Assembly (NCBI GenBank): GCA_022072085.1
Contig: JAJVII010000046.1
Coordinates: 6,597 to 70,596 of the forward strand
Length of the DNA: 64,000 nt
Direction of reading: 5' to 3'
Origin: Phycisphaerae bacterium
GTDB taxonomy: Bacteria > Planctomycetota > Phycisphaerae > JAJVII01
Shown here: one piece after another, positions 24,936 to 35,434 of the stretch
Position numbering within the stretch: position 1 is the first letter of the stretch
How the letters are laid out: every line of letters begins with the position of its first letter
The notes under the pieces: generated by a model
Told to the model about the DNA's origin: nothing
Seen by the model: only the letters and a program-made list of their open reading frames with translations
Database searches by the model: none
Program-made: the position numbers and the translations under genes

Positions 24936-25738
24936 GTCGCGGCTCCCTTCCGTCGCCGGCCGAGCACCTGGAGGCCCAGCACCAGCAGGATCGTGAACAG
25001 GAATATCAGGGTCGACAGGGCGTGGATTTCCGGGCTGACGCCCCGCCGCACGGACGCATAGATGTAGATGGGAAGCGTAACCGAGTCCGGCCCGTGGGTG
25101 AAGAAGCTGATGACGAAATCGTCGAGGCTGAGGATGAACGCCAGCATCGCCCCGGCTGCGATTCCCGGCGCCAGCAGCGGCAGCATCACCCGCCGCAGCA
25201 CGTACCAGCCCGAGGCGTAGAGGTCGCGGGCCGCCTCCTCGACGACCGATCCGATGATCGCCAGGCGGCTGGAGACCACCAGCGTCACGAACGCCACCTG
25301 GAAAGTCACGTGGGCGACGATCATCGCCGTCAGGCCGGGCTCGAAGATCATCCAGACGGTCCGCAGCAGGCCGAACATGACCACCACCGCGACGGCAAAG
25401 ATGATGTCCGGCGTGACGACCGGCAGGTAGATCAGCAGGTCCATCAGGCGGCGGACGGCCCGCGGCCAGGGCGCTTTGCGCATGCCCAGCGCCAGCAGCG
25501 TGCCCAGCACCGTGGCGATGAGCGTCGAGACGGCCGCCAGCGCCAGCGTGTTCCACGCCGCGTCTCGGACCTGCTCGTTGTTCAGCAGGCGGCGATACCA
25601 GTCCAGCGTGAACCCGCCCCAGCGGGCGCCGAAGCGCGACGCGTTCACACTGTAGGCCGCCACCGCCGCCATCGGCAGATACATCAGCCCCAGACACGCC
25701 CAGGCCAGCGCCGAGATGCCCCGCCCGCTCCGCCTCAC
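24932..25738 (-). CDS. potC: spermidine/putrescine ABC transporter permease
   Basis: GTG at 25738 overlaps potB stop (GTGA); 6-TM BPD permease; stop overlaps potD start. Confidence 0.8.
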   Translation of the reverse strand: MRRSGRGISALAWACLGLMYLPMAAVAAYSVNASRFGARWGGFTLDWYRRLLNNEQVRDAAWNTLALAAVSTLIATVLGTLLALGMRKAPWPRAVRRLMDLLIYLPVVTPDIIFAVAVVVMFGLLRTVWMIFEPGLTAMIVAHVTFQVAFVTLVVSSRLAIIGSVVEEAARDLYASGWYVLRRVMLPLLAPGIAAGAMLAFILSLDDFVISFFTHGPDSVTLPIYIYASVRRGVSPEIHALSTLIFLFTILLVLGLQVLGRRRKGAAT

Positions 25739-26635
25739 GCCGCCTCCCCCCGCCCGCGGCGGCAAAGCAGGAACAGGCCGCCCAGCATCAGCACCATCAG
25801 CGCCAGGCTGACCGCCGCCCCGAAGGGCCAGTCGCGGCTGGCGCCGAACTGCTGCTGGATCAGGTTGCCGACCATCCAGACTTTCGCCCCGCCCAGCAGG
25901 TCGGGCACGACGAACGCCCCCATCGTCGGGATGAACGTCAGCACGATCGCCGCCGCCAGCCCCGGCCGCGTCTGCGGCAGGATCGCGTGGCGGAACACAC
26001 GCCATCGCCCGCCGTAGAGGTCGCGGCAGGCCTCGACCAGCGACCAGTCCAGCCGCTCAACGTTGGTGTAGAGCGGCAGCACGGCGAACGGCAGGGCGCT
26101 GCTGACCAGCCCGAGGTAGACCGCCAGCGAACCGGGGAAGAGCGCCTGGGACGGGCCGATCCACCCGAGCCACTGGGCCAGCCTCGCCGGCGGCATGCGG
26201 TTGTCCAGGATCAGCATCCACGCGTAGGTGCGGATGACCAGGTTGGTGCACAGCGGGATGACCACCAGGGCCATCCACAGATAGCGCGTCCGCGCCGGCC
26301 GGGCGGCGATGAAGAACGACAGCGGATAGCTGGCCGCCACCGCCAGCAGCGTCGTCACCGCCGACATCAGCAGCGTCCGCCCGAGGATCGCCAGGTAGGC
26401 GCTCGACCAGCCGAATCGGCCGTAGCCCATCAGCCGCCGCAGGTTCTCCAGGCCCAGTTCCCACTCGACCCCGCCATAGGGGCCGCGCCGGGCGAACGCC
26501 ATCGCGACCATCACGCACAGCGGGACCACCAGGAACGTCGCCACCCACGCCGCCGGGACGCCCATCATCGCCAGCCCGCGCAGCCGCAGCGTCCGCCGCG
26601 TCGCCAGGTGGCCGCCCCACACGATGATCGGGCGC

Positions 26636-26643
<8 letters not shown>
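25735..26643 (-). CDS. potB: spermidine/putrescine ABC transporter permease
   Basis: 302-aa BPD-type permease, GTG start overlapping potA 3' end by 8 nt. Confidence 0.85.
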
Positions 26644-27694
<1,051 letters not shown>

Positions 27695-27867
27695 CGGCCA
27701 ACCCTTTCGATTGCGGTTTCGTTTCCGGTCGGCGCCCGGCCGGGCAGGACGCCCGCGTGATTCTGCCCAATCGCGAGACGCGAATCAACAGGTTCGCCAG
27801 CCGAGCGGCGTGCTGGCCGCCTCATGTGGCGCACGGCCCGGAACCAAACTCTGACTGGGGGGAGATT

Positions 27868-28308
27868 TCAGATGCAGAAGTCGGCGACGAACTCCGCGCT
27901 GTCCTGCGCCGCCAAGTCGGCAAAGTTGGCCGAGTCCAGGACGTTGCTGACGGCGTCCCGGGCGCGACGCCACGTGCCGACCAGGGCGCAGCGATGGCTC
28001 CGCGGACACTCGCGTCCGCGTCGGCCGGTCTCGCATCGCACCATGTCCAGCGGACCGTCGATGAAGCGGACGATCTGCCCGACGTTGATTTCCCGCGGGT
28101 CGATCGCCAGGAAGAAACCGCCCTGCACGCCGCGGCGGGAGCCGACGAACCCGCCCTTCTTGAGTTGATTGAGGATGACCTCGAGAAACCTGGCCGAGAT
28201 GCTGTAGGCGCGGGCGATCTCGCTGATGGGAACGGCCCTGCGGCCGGAGCGCTTGGCCAACTCCAGGACCGCTCGAATCGCGTACTGGCATTTCAGCGAG
28301 ATGGTCAT
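27868..28308 (-). CDS. Rrf2 family transcriptional regulator
   Basis: MTISLKCQYAIRAVLELAK.., wHTH ISEIARAYSISARFLEVILNQLKKGGFV, three spaced Cys (C..x8..C..x5..C) typical of Fe-S Rrf2 members. Confidence 0.85.
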   Translation of the reverse strand: MTISLKCQYAIRAVLELAKRSGRRAVPISEIARAYSISARFLEVILNQLKKGGFVGSRRGVQGGFFLAIDPREINVGQIVRFIDGPLDMVRCETGRRGRECPRSHRCALVGTWRRARDAVSNVLDSANFADLAAQDSAEFVADFCI

Positions 28309-28487
28309 CCCGGATGTCCCGAAAAGTTCCAGGGTGGTCTTCGGGTTGAATTATCAGTGGTACGATCAGGTTTGTCAACGGTGCAACGCGCTACATTTCG
28401 TCAGAAATAGCGTGAATCTATTTAGCACCGCAACACTCCTATTGCAAATTGCCAGGCCTAATCATCACAATTCCAATTGACATTCAC

Positions 28488-28515
28488 CCGCGAAGATTTA
28501 TAGTCGGCGACAGGC
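28488..28515 (+). promoter_or_regulatory. candidate sigma70-type promoter for the radical SAM gene
   Basis: TTGACA (28488-28493), 16-nt spacer, TATAGT (28510-28515) in an AT-rich divergent intergenic region, about 115 nt upstream of ATG 28632. Confidence 0.4.
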
Positions 28516-28631
28516 ATTGGGTTCACGGATGTCGAATTCTTTGTTACAACAGTGGCCATAATTGGCGGGCCAATCCGCCTGCCCCGGCGGAGGAAGCCGG
28601 CGAGCGAACCGCCAGAAAGGACCTGGGCGTC

Positions 28632-30236
28632 ATGAAGAATACGAACATCGGCCTGTGCAACGAGTGCCGCGGGCGCGTCCCGTCCGAGTTCTTTACCAAG
28701 AACGGACAGACCTGGATCCGCAAGACCTGCCCCAAGTGCGGCGTAACCGAGTCGCTGGTCAGCGGCGACGCCGAGGCCTGGACGACCAAGCGCCAGATGT
28801 GGGACTACGTCAGCCTCGACCGCAAGTCCTGCGCGATGCACTGCGACAAGTGCCACAATCACGCCAATCCGAACATCGTCTTTCTCGACGTCACCAACCG
28901 CTGCAACATGAACTGTCCGATCTGCATCGCCACGATCAAGGGCATGGGCTTCGACTTCAACCCGCCCATGGAATACTTCCATCGCGTCTTCTCCGAGGTC
29001 TCCAAGCTCAAGCCCAACCCGGTCATCCTGCTGTTCGGCGGCGAGCCGACCGTCCGCGACGACCTGCCTGAGATCATCGGCATCGCCCGCAGCTACGGCC
29101 TCAAGCCGCACATCGTCACCAACGGCATCCGCCTGGCCGACGAGGAGTACGCCAAGAAGATCTGCGAGATCAACGTCGGCATGCGCTTCGGGTTCGACGG
29201 CCGCAACCGGGAGATCTACGAGAAACTCCGCCATCAGCCCAGCGCCTATGACAAGAAGATGAAGGCGTTGGAGAACCTCATCAAGTACAGCCGCCGCAAG
29301 CACACAATCATCGTGACCGCGGGCAAGGGCTTCAACGACAAGTATCTGCCCGACCTGTTCCAGTACTGCCACGACAACCGGGACCTCGTCTCCGACATCG
29401 GCCTGATCCCCCTGACGGAGAACTGGGAGCCTGGCGCGTTCGACGCCGGCGTCCACACGACCATGGAGGACGTCGAGAAGATGGTCGCCGCCTCCATCAC
29501 CGGCGGCAACGTCGAGTTCATCCCGGCCGGCCTCTCCTATGCCCTCAAGAAGCCGCGGCTGTTCTTCCGCCACAAGAACCCGCGATCCGAGGTGCTCCTG
29601 CTGGCCGGCGTGCACCCCAACTGCGAATCCATGACCCTGCTGATCTCCGACGGCAAGACCTATCGCAGCCTCAGCAACTACCTCCGCAAGCCGCTCAGCC
29701 AGGTGGCCGTCGAGTTCGCTGCCATCGGCAAGAAGATCGAGCCCAAGCTCGACAAACTCGACCCCCAGAAGTTCTTCCAGCGGCAGCGCGGACGGCTGAT
29801 CGTACTCTCGGCGTTCGTGCCCTGGGCGTTCCGCCGCATCCGTCTGTTCAAGCTGATGGGCAACCCGCTCACCGCCTTGTGGAGGACGTTCTTCGGCCGC
29901 CCCGGCCGCCGGTCGCAGGGCACCAAGAAGACGCTGCGTCGCTCGCGGCGGATCATCCGCGTCGCCATGCTGCCCTTCGAGGAAGAGCACTCGATCGACG
30001 CGGCCCGTCTGGAGAAGTGCCGCGGCCTGTTCGCTTACGAGGACACCGCGGACGGCCAGGTCAAGTACATCCCTGCCTGCCTGTGGTATCCGTACCGCAA
30101 CGCGTTCCTGGAGAAGCTCTCCAACAAGTACGGGGTGGTCAACAAGAAGGGCCAGATGATGACCTGCGGCACCGCGGCCGACGGCGCCAATGCCGACTCG
30201 TCCGATACGCCGGCTGAGGCGACCGCCCAGGCCTGA
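28632..30236 (+). CDS. radical SAM protein with N-terminal zinc ribbon, COG1964/MJ0619 (GDGT-MAS/Tes)-like
   Basis: ATG at 28632 (MKNTNIGLCNECRGR..); CxxC...CPKC ribbon; rSAM cluster VFLDVTNRCNMNCPIC; about 534 aa. Confidence 0.75.
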   Translation: MKNTNIGLCNECRGRVPSEFFTKNGQTWIRKTCPKCGVTESLVSGDAEAWTTKRQMWDYVSLDRKSCAMHCDKCHNHANPNIVFLDVTNRCNMNCPICIATIKGMGFDFNPPMEYFHRVFSEVSKLKPNPVILLFGGEPTVRDDLPEIIGIARSYGLKPHIVTNGIRLADEEYAKKICEINVGMRFGFDGRNREIYEKLRHQPSAYDKKMKALENLIKYSRRKHTIIVTAGKGFNDKYLPDLFQYCHDNRDLVSDIGLIPLTENWEPGAFDAGVHTTMEDVEKMVAASITGGNVEFIPAGLSYALKKPRLFFRHKNPRSEVLLLAGVHPNCESMTLLISDGKTYRSLSNYLRKPLSQVAVEFAAIGKKIEPKLDKLDPQKFFQRQRGRLIVLSAFVPWAFRRIRLFKLMGNPLTALWRTFFGRPGRRSQGTKKTLRRSRRIIRVAMLPFEEEHSIDAARLEKCRGLFAYEDTADGQVKYIPACLWYPYRNAFLEKLSNKYGVVNKKGQMMTCGTAADGANADSSDTPAEATAQA

Positions 30237-30382
30237 CCGCCTCGCCACGACACCCACCGGGCCGGGACTGCCGCATGCGACAGATTCCCGGCCCGCTGTC
30301 TGTACTGACACGGGCGACCGCCGGAAGCGCACGGGCAAGGCCACGCCCCGCCGACTTGACTTTGGCCCTGGATCATCTATAT

Positions 30383-30400
30383 TGTGAATGGACGTTCACA
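30383..30400. promoter_or_regulatory. candidate TetR operator 1 (TGTGAA-N6-TTCACA)
   Basis: Perfect 6-bp inverted arms just upstream of tetR ATG 30414; same half-sites recur at 31028-31045. Confidence 0.5.
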
Positions 30401-30413
30401 TGGAGGCCTCGTC

Positions 30414-31013
30414 ATGGCCGCCCTTAAGATGGACACCCGCTCCCGCCGCCGCCAGATCACCCAGGCGGCCCTGGGCCTGCTGGCCGAGCAGGGCTTCCGC
30501 GGACTGAGCATGTCGGCCGTCGCCCGGCGCGTCGGCCTGGTGCCGTCGGCGATTTATCGCCATTTTTCCGGCAAGGATGCGCTGCTCGACGAGATTCCCG
30601 ACCTGATCCGGGAGAAGTTGCACGGCCACGTAGCCGCGGTCTGCGAGCAAATCGCAGACGCGATGGGGCGCCTGGAGCAACTGGCAGCGATCCACGCCGA
30701 AATGCTGAAGGAGAATCAGGTTGTCCCCCGCCTGCTGTTCGCGGAGGACTTCTACATCGGCCATCCCGAACGCAAGGAGCGGATCTACGCGGTGGTCCGC
30801 GGCTACCTGTCGCGGCTGGGCGAGTTGTTCGCCGACGCCCAGAGGGCCGGCCAGGTCCGCCGCAATCTCGAACCGGCCCTGCTGGCGACGATGTTCCTCG
30901 GCGTCTTTCAGCCGGCCGCGGTGCTCTGGTTCGCCAGCGGCGGGCATTTCGACGCCGTAGGGCACACGCGAAAGGCCTGGAAACTGTATCGCGACGCGAT
31001 CGCGACCAAGTGA
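30414..31013 (+). CDS. TetR/AcrR family transcriptional regulator
   Basis: HTH region RRRQITQAALGLLAEQGFRGLSMSAVARRVGLVPSAIYRHF; ATG 30414 preferred because the listed GTG 30384 lies inside the operator palindrome. Confidence 0.85.
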   Translation: MAALKMDTRSRRRQITQAALGLLAEQGFRGLSMSAVARRVGLVPSAIYRHFSGKDALLDEIPDLIREKLHGHVAAVCEQIADAMGRLEQLAAIHAEMLKENQVVPRLLFAEDFYIGHPERKERIYAVVRGYLSRLGELFADAQRAGQVRRNLEPALLATMFLGVFQPAAVLWFASGGHFDAVGHTRKAWKLYRDAIATK

Positions 31014-31027
31014 CCACAAACGCAGAC

Positions 31028-31045
31028 TGTGAATTCTCATTCACA
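31028..31045. promoter_or_regulatory. candidate TetR operator 2 (TGTGAA-N6-TTCACA)
   Basis: Same palindrome as 30383-30400, 12 nt upstream of the HlyD-family gene start. Confidence 0.5.
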
Positions 31046-31056
31046 CGGGTGTTGCG

Positions 31057-32208
31057 ATGAAGCGAAAAGTCCTGCTGCCGATACTCGTGGCCATGGTCCT
31101 GGCCGGCATCGTGACAACGGTGCTCTACCTTCGTCACAACGGCGGCGAGGAAGGCGTCATCGTCCTGTCCGGCAACATCGAGGTGGACGACGTGGAATTG
31201 AGCTTCCGCATCGCCGGCCGGGTCGACCGCCGCCTGGTCGACGAGGGGGAGGCCGTCAAGGCGCTCCAGCCCGTCGCCCTGCTCGACCGGCACGACCAGG
31301 AACAGGCCGTCGCCATGCGACAGGCGGACCTGGACGCCGCCGCCGGGGCGCTGGCGGAACTGGAAGCCGGGTCGCGGCCGCAGGAGATCGCGGCGGCCAA
31401 GGCGGCCGTCGGCGAAGCCCAGGCGGCGCTGGCGGCGTTGCAGGCCGGCTCACGCCCGCAGGAGAAGGCCGCCGCCCACGCCGCGATCGACCAGGCCAAA
31501 GCCAGCCTGGAGCAACGGCAGATCGAGTATGATCGCCTGACCCGGCTCCAGGCCGACGGCAAGACGACGACGATCGAGTTCACCGCCGGCAAGACCGCAC
31601 TGGAAGCCGCCAAGGCCGCCCTGGTCCAGGCGCAGCAGCAGGCCGCCCTGGTCGACGAGGGGCCTCGCAAGGAGGACATCGACCGTGCCCAGGCCGCTCT
31701 GGCCCGGGCCCAGGCCAACCACGACCTGGTCCTCGCGGGCCCGCGCAAGGAGGACATCGACCAGGCCAAGGCCCGCGTTCAGGCCGCCCAGGCTGCCCGG
31801 GCGATGGCCCAACTTCAGCTCGACTACACGACGCTCGCGTCGCCCATCGACGGCATCGTCCTGAGCAAGAGCGTCGAGTCCGGCGAGTTCGTCGCCCCGG
31901 GCACGACGGTGGTCACGGTCGGCAACATGGCCCACGTCTACCTGCGGCTGTACCTGGCCGAGGGCGACCTTGGCCGCGTGAAGATCGGCCAGCCGGTCCG
32001 CATCACGACCGACAGCTATCCCGACCGGACCTACGAGGGCCGCGTGTCGTTCATCTCCCAGCAGGCCGAGTTCACGCCCAAGAGCGTCCAGACGGCTGAG
32101 CAGCGGGTCAAGCTGGTCTACCGCATCAAGGTGGACGCCGAGAACCCGAAGATGGAACTGAAGCCCGGCATGCCGGCTGACGCGCGGATCGAAGTCGGGA
32201 AAGAGTAA
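31057..32208 (+). CDS. HlyD-family membrane fusion protein (YbhG-like)
   Basis: N-terminal TM, repeated coiled-coil with GSRPQE / GPRKEDID repeats, beta-barrel LASPIDGIVLSKSVESGE. Confidence 0.85.
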   Translation: MKRKVLLPILVAMVLAGIVTTVLYLRHNGGEEGVIVLSGNIEVDDVELSFRIAGRVDRRLVDEGEAVKALQPVALLDRHDQEQAVAMRQADLDAAAGALAELEAGSRPQEIAAAKAAVGEAQAALAALQAGSRPQEKAAAHAAIDQAKASLEQRQIEYDRLTRLQADGKTTTIEFTAGKTALEAAKAALVQAQQQAALVDEGPRKEDIDRAQAALARAQANHDLVLAGPRKEDIDQAKARVQAAQAARAMAQLQLDYTTLASPIDGIVLSKSVESGEFVAPGTTVVTVGNMAHVYLRLYLAEGDLGRVKIGQPVRITTDSYPDRTYEGRVSFISQQAEFTPKSVQTAEQRVKLVYRIKVDAENPKMELKPGMPADARIEVGKE

Positions 32209-32334
32209 GCCACAGATGAACACAGATGACACAGATGGGATCGGCCGCCGAGACGCTGAGAAGAGAGTTCCCACGAAGGGCCCCGCTCCCCTCTGCGTCT
32301 CGGCGGCGGAACCTCTTCGGTTCGGAGCGACCTC

Positions 32335-33288
32335 ATGCCCGCGATACAGACCGACAAGCTGACGCGCGCGTTCAGCGGCGTGCGGGCCGTCGACGGGCTG
32401 ACGTTGCAGGTCGAGCCGGGCGAGATATTCGGCCTGGTCGGGCCCGACGGCGCCGGCAAGACGACGACAATGCGGCTGCTCACGGCGATCATGACCCCCT
32501 CCGACGGCCGGGCATGGGTGAACGGCCGCGACGTCGTGAAGGACGCCGAGGCGCTCAAGGCCGACATCGGCTACATGAGCCAGCGATTCGGGCTCTACGA
32601 AGACCTGACCGTGATCGAGAACCTGCGATTCTACGCCGACATCTACCTCGTGCCGCGGCAGGGGCTGGACGCGCGGATGGAAGAACTGCTGGGCTTCTCG
32701 AACCTCACGCCGTTCAGGAACCGGCTGGCCGGCAACCTCTCGGGCGGCATGAAACAGAAGCTCGGCCTGGCCTGCTCGCTGATCCACACGCCCAAGGTGC
32801 TTTTCCTGGACGAGCCGACCAACGGCGTGGACCCGGTCAGTCGGCGCGACTTCTGGCGGATTCTCTACCGCCTGCTCCGCCAGGGCGTGACGATCTTCGT
32901 CTCGACGGCCTACCTCGACGAGGCCGAGCGGTGCAGCCGCGTCGGGCTGATCGACCGCGGGCGGCTGCTGGCGTGCGGCAGGCCTGACGAAGTGAAGCGG
33001 CTGATGACCGGCAGCATCCTGTCGGTCGGGCCGGCTGATCCGCGCCGGGCGGTGGACCTGCTGCGAAAGGACGAGTCGCTGCACGCGCTGGCCGTGGGGC
33101 TGTTTGGCGAGCAGGTTCACGTCGTGACCCGCGACGCCGAGTCGGCGGAGCGGCAAATCCGCGCTCTACTCGCGTCGGCCGCCATCGACCCCGGGCAGAT
33201 CGAGCCGGTCGAGCCGACCCTTGAGGACGTTTTCGTGTCGGTGCTGGCGCACGTCGAGGAGGGCCTCCGGCCGGAGGGGTCGCCGTGA
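32335..33288 (+). CDS. ABC transporter ATP-binding protein (ABC-2 type, YbhF half)
   Basis: Walker A GPDGAGKTT, signature LSGGMKQK, Walker B LFLDEPT. Confidence 0.9.
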   Translation: MPAIQTDKLTRAFSGVRAVDGLTLQVEPGEIFGLVGPDGAGKTTTMRLLTAIMTPSDGRAWVNGRDVVKDAEALKADIGYMSQRFGLYEDLTVIENLRFYADIYLVPRQGLDARMEELLGFSNLTPFRNRLAGNLSGGMKQKLGLACSLIHTPKVLFLDEPTNGVDPVSRRDFWRILYRLLRQGVTIFVSTAYLDEAERCSRVGLIDRGRLLACGRPDEVKRLMTGSILSVGPADPRRAVDLLRKDESLHALAVGLFGEQVHVVTRDAESAERQIRALLASAAIDPGQIEPVEPTLEDVFVSVLAHVEEGLRPEGSP

Positions 33289-34268
33289 CGCAGACGCCGC
33301 GTCAGGACAGGCAGCCGGCGGTCGTCGTCCGCGACCTGGAGCGTCGGTTCGGCGATTTCGTCGCGGTCAACCGCGTCAGCTTCGAGGTGGCCCGCGGGGA
33401 AATCTTCGGCTTCCTCGGGCCCAACGGCGCGGGCAAGAGCACGACGATCCGCATGCTCTGCGGCATCCTGTCGCCGTCGGGCGGAACGGGCAGCGTCGCC
33501 GGGCTGGACATCCGCACGCAGCCGGAGCGCATCAAGGAACACATCGGCTACATGAGCCAGCGGTTCTCGCTCTACGAGGACCTGACGGTCGAGGAGAACA
33601 TCGACTTCTACAGCGGCATCTACCGCATCCCGCGTCAGAAGAAGCGGGACCGCAAGGAATGGGTGATCGAGATGGCCGGCCTGGCCGACCACCGCCGCAG
33701 CCGGGCCTCGGTGCTCTCGGGCGGGTGGAAGCAGCGGCTGGCGCTGGGCTGCGCGATCCTGCACGAGCCGCCGATCCTGTTCCTGGACGAGCCGACCAGC
33801 GGCGTGGACCCGATCAGCCGACGGGCGTTCTGGGACCTCATCTACGACCTGGCCGGCGGCGGCGTCACCGTCTTCGTCACCACGCACTACATGGACGAGG
33901 CGGAGTACTGCGACCGCGTCGGCCTGATCTACCGCGGGGAACTTATCGCCCTGGGCTCGCCGCGGCAGCTCAAGCAGGAGGTGATGACCGAGCAGGTGCT
34001 GGAGGTGACCTGCGATCGGCCGCAGGACCTGCTGGACCCCGTCGCGGCGCTGCCGACGGTGAATGAGGCGGCGCTGTTCGGCCGCGGCATCCATGTCGTA
34101 ACGACGCATGCGGACGAGGCCCGCCGGCGGATCGCCGGGCTGCTCGCCGACGCCGGCCAGCCGCAGGCCCGCGTCGAACCGATCACGCCGTCGCTGGAGG
34201 ACGTGTTCGTCTCGCTGATCGAGGCCCGTGACCGCGCCGGCCGGCCGCAGGCGGAGGTGAAGGCATGA
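33285..34268 (+). CDS. ABC transporter ATP-binding protein (ABC-2 type, second YbhF half)
   Basis: GTGA overlap with preceding gene; Walker A GPNGAGKST, signature LSGGWKQR, Walker B LFLDEPT. Confidence 0.9.
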   Translation: MTQTPRQDRQPAVVVRDLERRFGDFVAVNRVSFEVARGEIFGFLGPNGAGKSTTIRMLCGILSPSGGTGSVAGLDIRTQPERIKEHIGYMSQRFSLYEDLTVEENIDFYSGIYRIPRQKKRDRKEWVIEMAGLADHRRSRASVLSGGWKQRLALGCAILHEPPILFLDEPTSGVDPISRRAFWDLIYDLAGGGVTVFVTTHYMDEAEYCDRVGLIYRGELIALGSPRQLKQEVMTEQVLEVTCDRPQDLLDPVAALPTVNEAALFGRGIHVVTTHADEARRRIAGLLADAGQPQARVEPITPSLEDVFVSLIEARDRAGRPQAEVKA

Positions 34269-35434
34269 AGCTTCGCCGCGTGCGGGCCATCGCCGTGAAG
34301 GAGTTCATCCAGGTCATCCGCGACCCGCGCAGCCTGGGCATGGCCATCGCCATGCCGATGGTCCTGCTGATGCTCTTCGGCTACGCCCTGACGCTGGACG
34401 TGGACCGCGTGCCGATGGTGGTCTGGGACCAGAGCGGCACGGTGCGCAGCCGCGAGTTCATCGCGCGTTTCACCGGCTCGCGATACTTCGCGCTGCACGC
34501 CAGCGTGACCGACTACCGCGACATGGAATACGAGATCGACAGCGGCCGGGCCCTGGTCGGGCTGGTCGTGCCGCGCGACTTCGCCGACCGCGTCCAGCGA
34601 GGCCGTTCGGCGCCGGTGCAGTTCATCGTCGACGGCAGCGACTCGAACACCGCGACGATCGCCATCGGCTACGCCGACTCGGTCGCCCGGGAGTATTCGC
34701 TGGACGTCACGATCCAGCGCACGCTGCGCAACGAGCGGAACGCAGCAACGGCCTCGCCCGACGCACAGGCCGGCGGCAGCGTCGGCCAGCCGCTGGAGCT
34801 CCGCCCGCGCGTCTGGTTCAACCCGGAGCTGGAGTCGCGCAACTTCATCATCCCCGGGCTGATCGCCGTTATCATGATGGTCATCGCCGCACTGCTGACC
34901 TCGCTGACGATCGCCCGCGAGTGGGAGCGCGGCACGATGGAGCAGCTCATCAGCACACCGGTGAAGACGACCGAGCTGATCCTCGGCAAACTGGCGCCAT
35001 ACTTCGCCATCGGCATGCTCGACGTGACGGTGGCCGTGCTGATGGGCCAGTTCCTCTTCGCCGTGCCCCTGCGCGGCAGCGCGGCCCTGCTGTTCGCGAC
35101 TTCGGCCGTCTTCATGGCCGGCGCCCTGTCGATGGGCATGCTCATCAGCATCGTGACGCGCAGCCAGCTCCTGGCCAGCCAGTTCGCGCTCGTCTCCTCG
35201 TTCCTGCCGGCGTTCCTGCTCAGCGGGTTCATGTTCGCGATCGACAACATGCCCCGCCCGATCCAGATCGTGACCTACGCCATCCCGACGCGGTACTTCG
35301 TGACGCTGCTGAAATCCATCTACCTCAAGGGCGTCGGGCTGGAGCTGCTGTGGGTCGAGGCCCTGCTGCTGGTTTTCTTCGGCGCGATCATGGTCCTGCT
35401 GGCCAACCTGAAGTTCAGGAAGAAGCTGATGTGA
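34265..35434 (+). CDS. ABC-2 family transporter permease (YbhS-like)
   Basis: ATGA overlap with ATPase gene; N-terminal KEFIQVIRDPRSL, large external loop, C-terminal multi-TM. Confidence 0.85.
   Translation: MKLRRVRAIAVKEFIQVIRDPRSLGMAIAMPMVLLMLFGYALTLDVDRVPMVVWDQSGTVRSREFIARFTGSRYFALHASVTDYRDMEYEIDSGRALVGLVVPRDFADRVQRGRSAPVQFIVDGSDSNTATIAIGYADSVAREYSLDVTIQRTLRNERNAATASPDAQAGGSVGQPLELRPRVWFNPELESRNFIIPGLIAVIMMVIAALLTSLTIAREWERGTMEQLISTPVKTTELILGKLAPYFAIGMLDVTVAVLMGQFLFAVPLRGSAALLFATSAVFMAGALSMGMLISIVTRSQLLASQFALVSSFLPAFLLSGFMFAIDNMPRPIQIVTYAIPTRYFVTLLKSIYLKGVGLELLWVEALLLVFFGAIMVLLANLKFRKKLM

Noticed and set aside
21077-25697. Listed ORFs 21077-23389, 22264-24105 and 23880-25697, which suggest 600-770-aa proteins.
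   Set aside because: Their N-terminal parts are read-through into the upstream gene in another frame. Internal ATGs at 22216, 23721 and 24935 give proteins of the expected family length and N-termini. The same logic was applied to 44943-48545 and 43093-45168.
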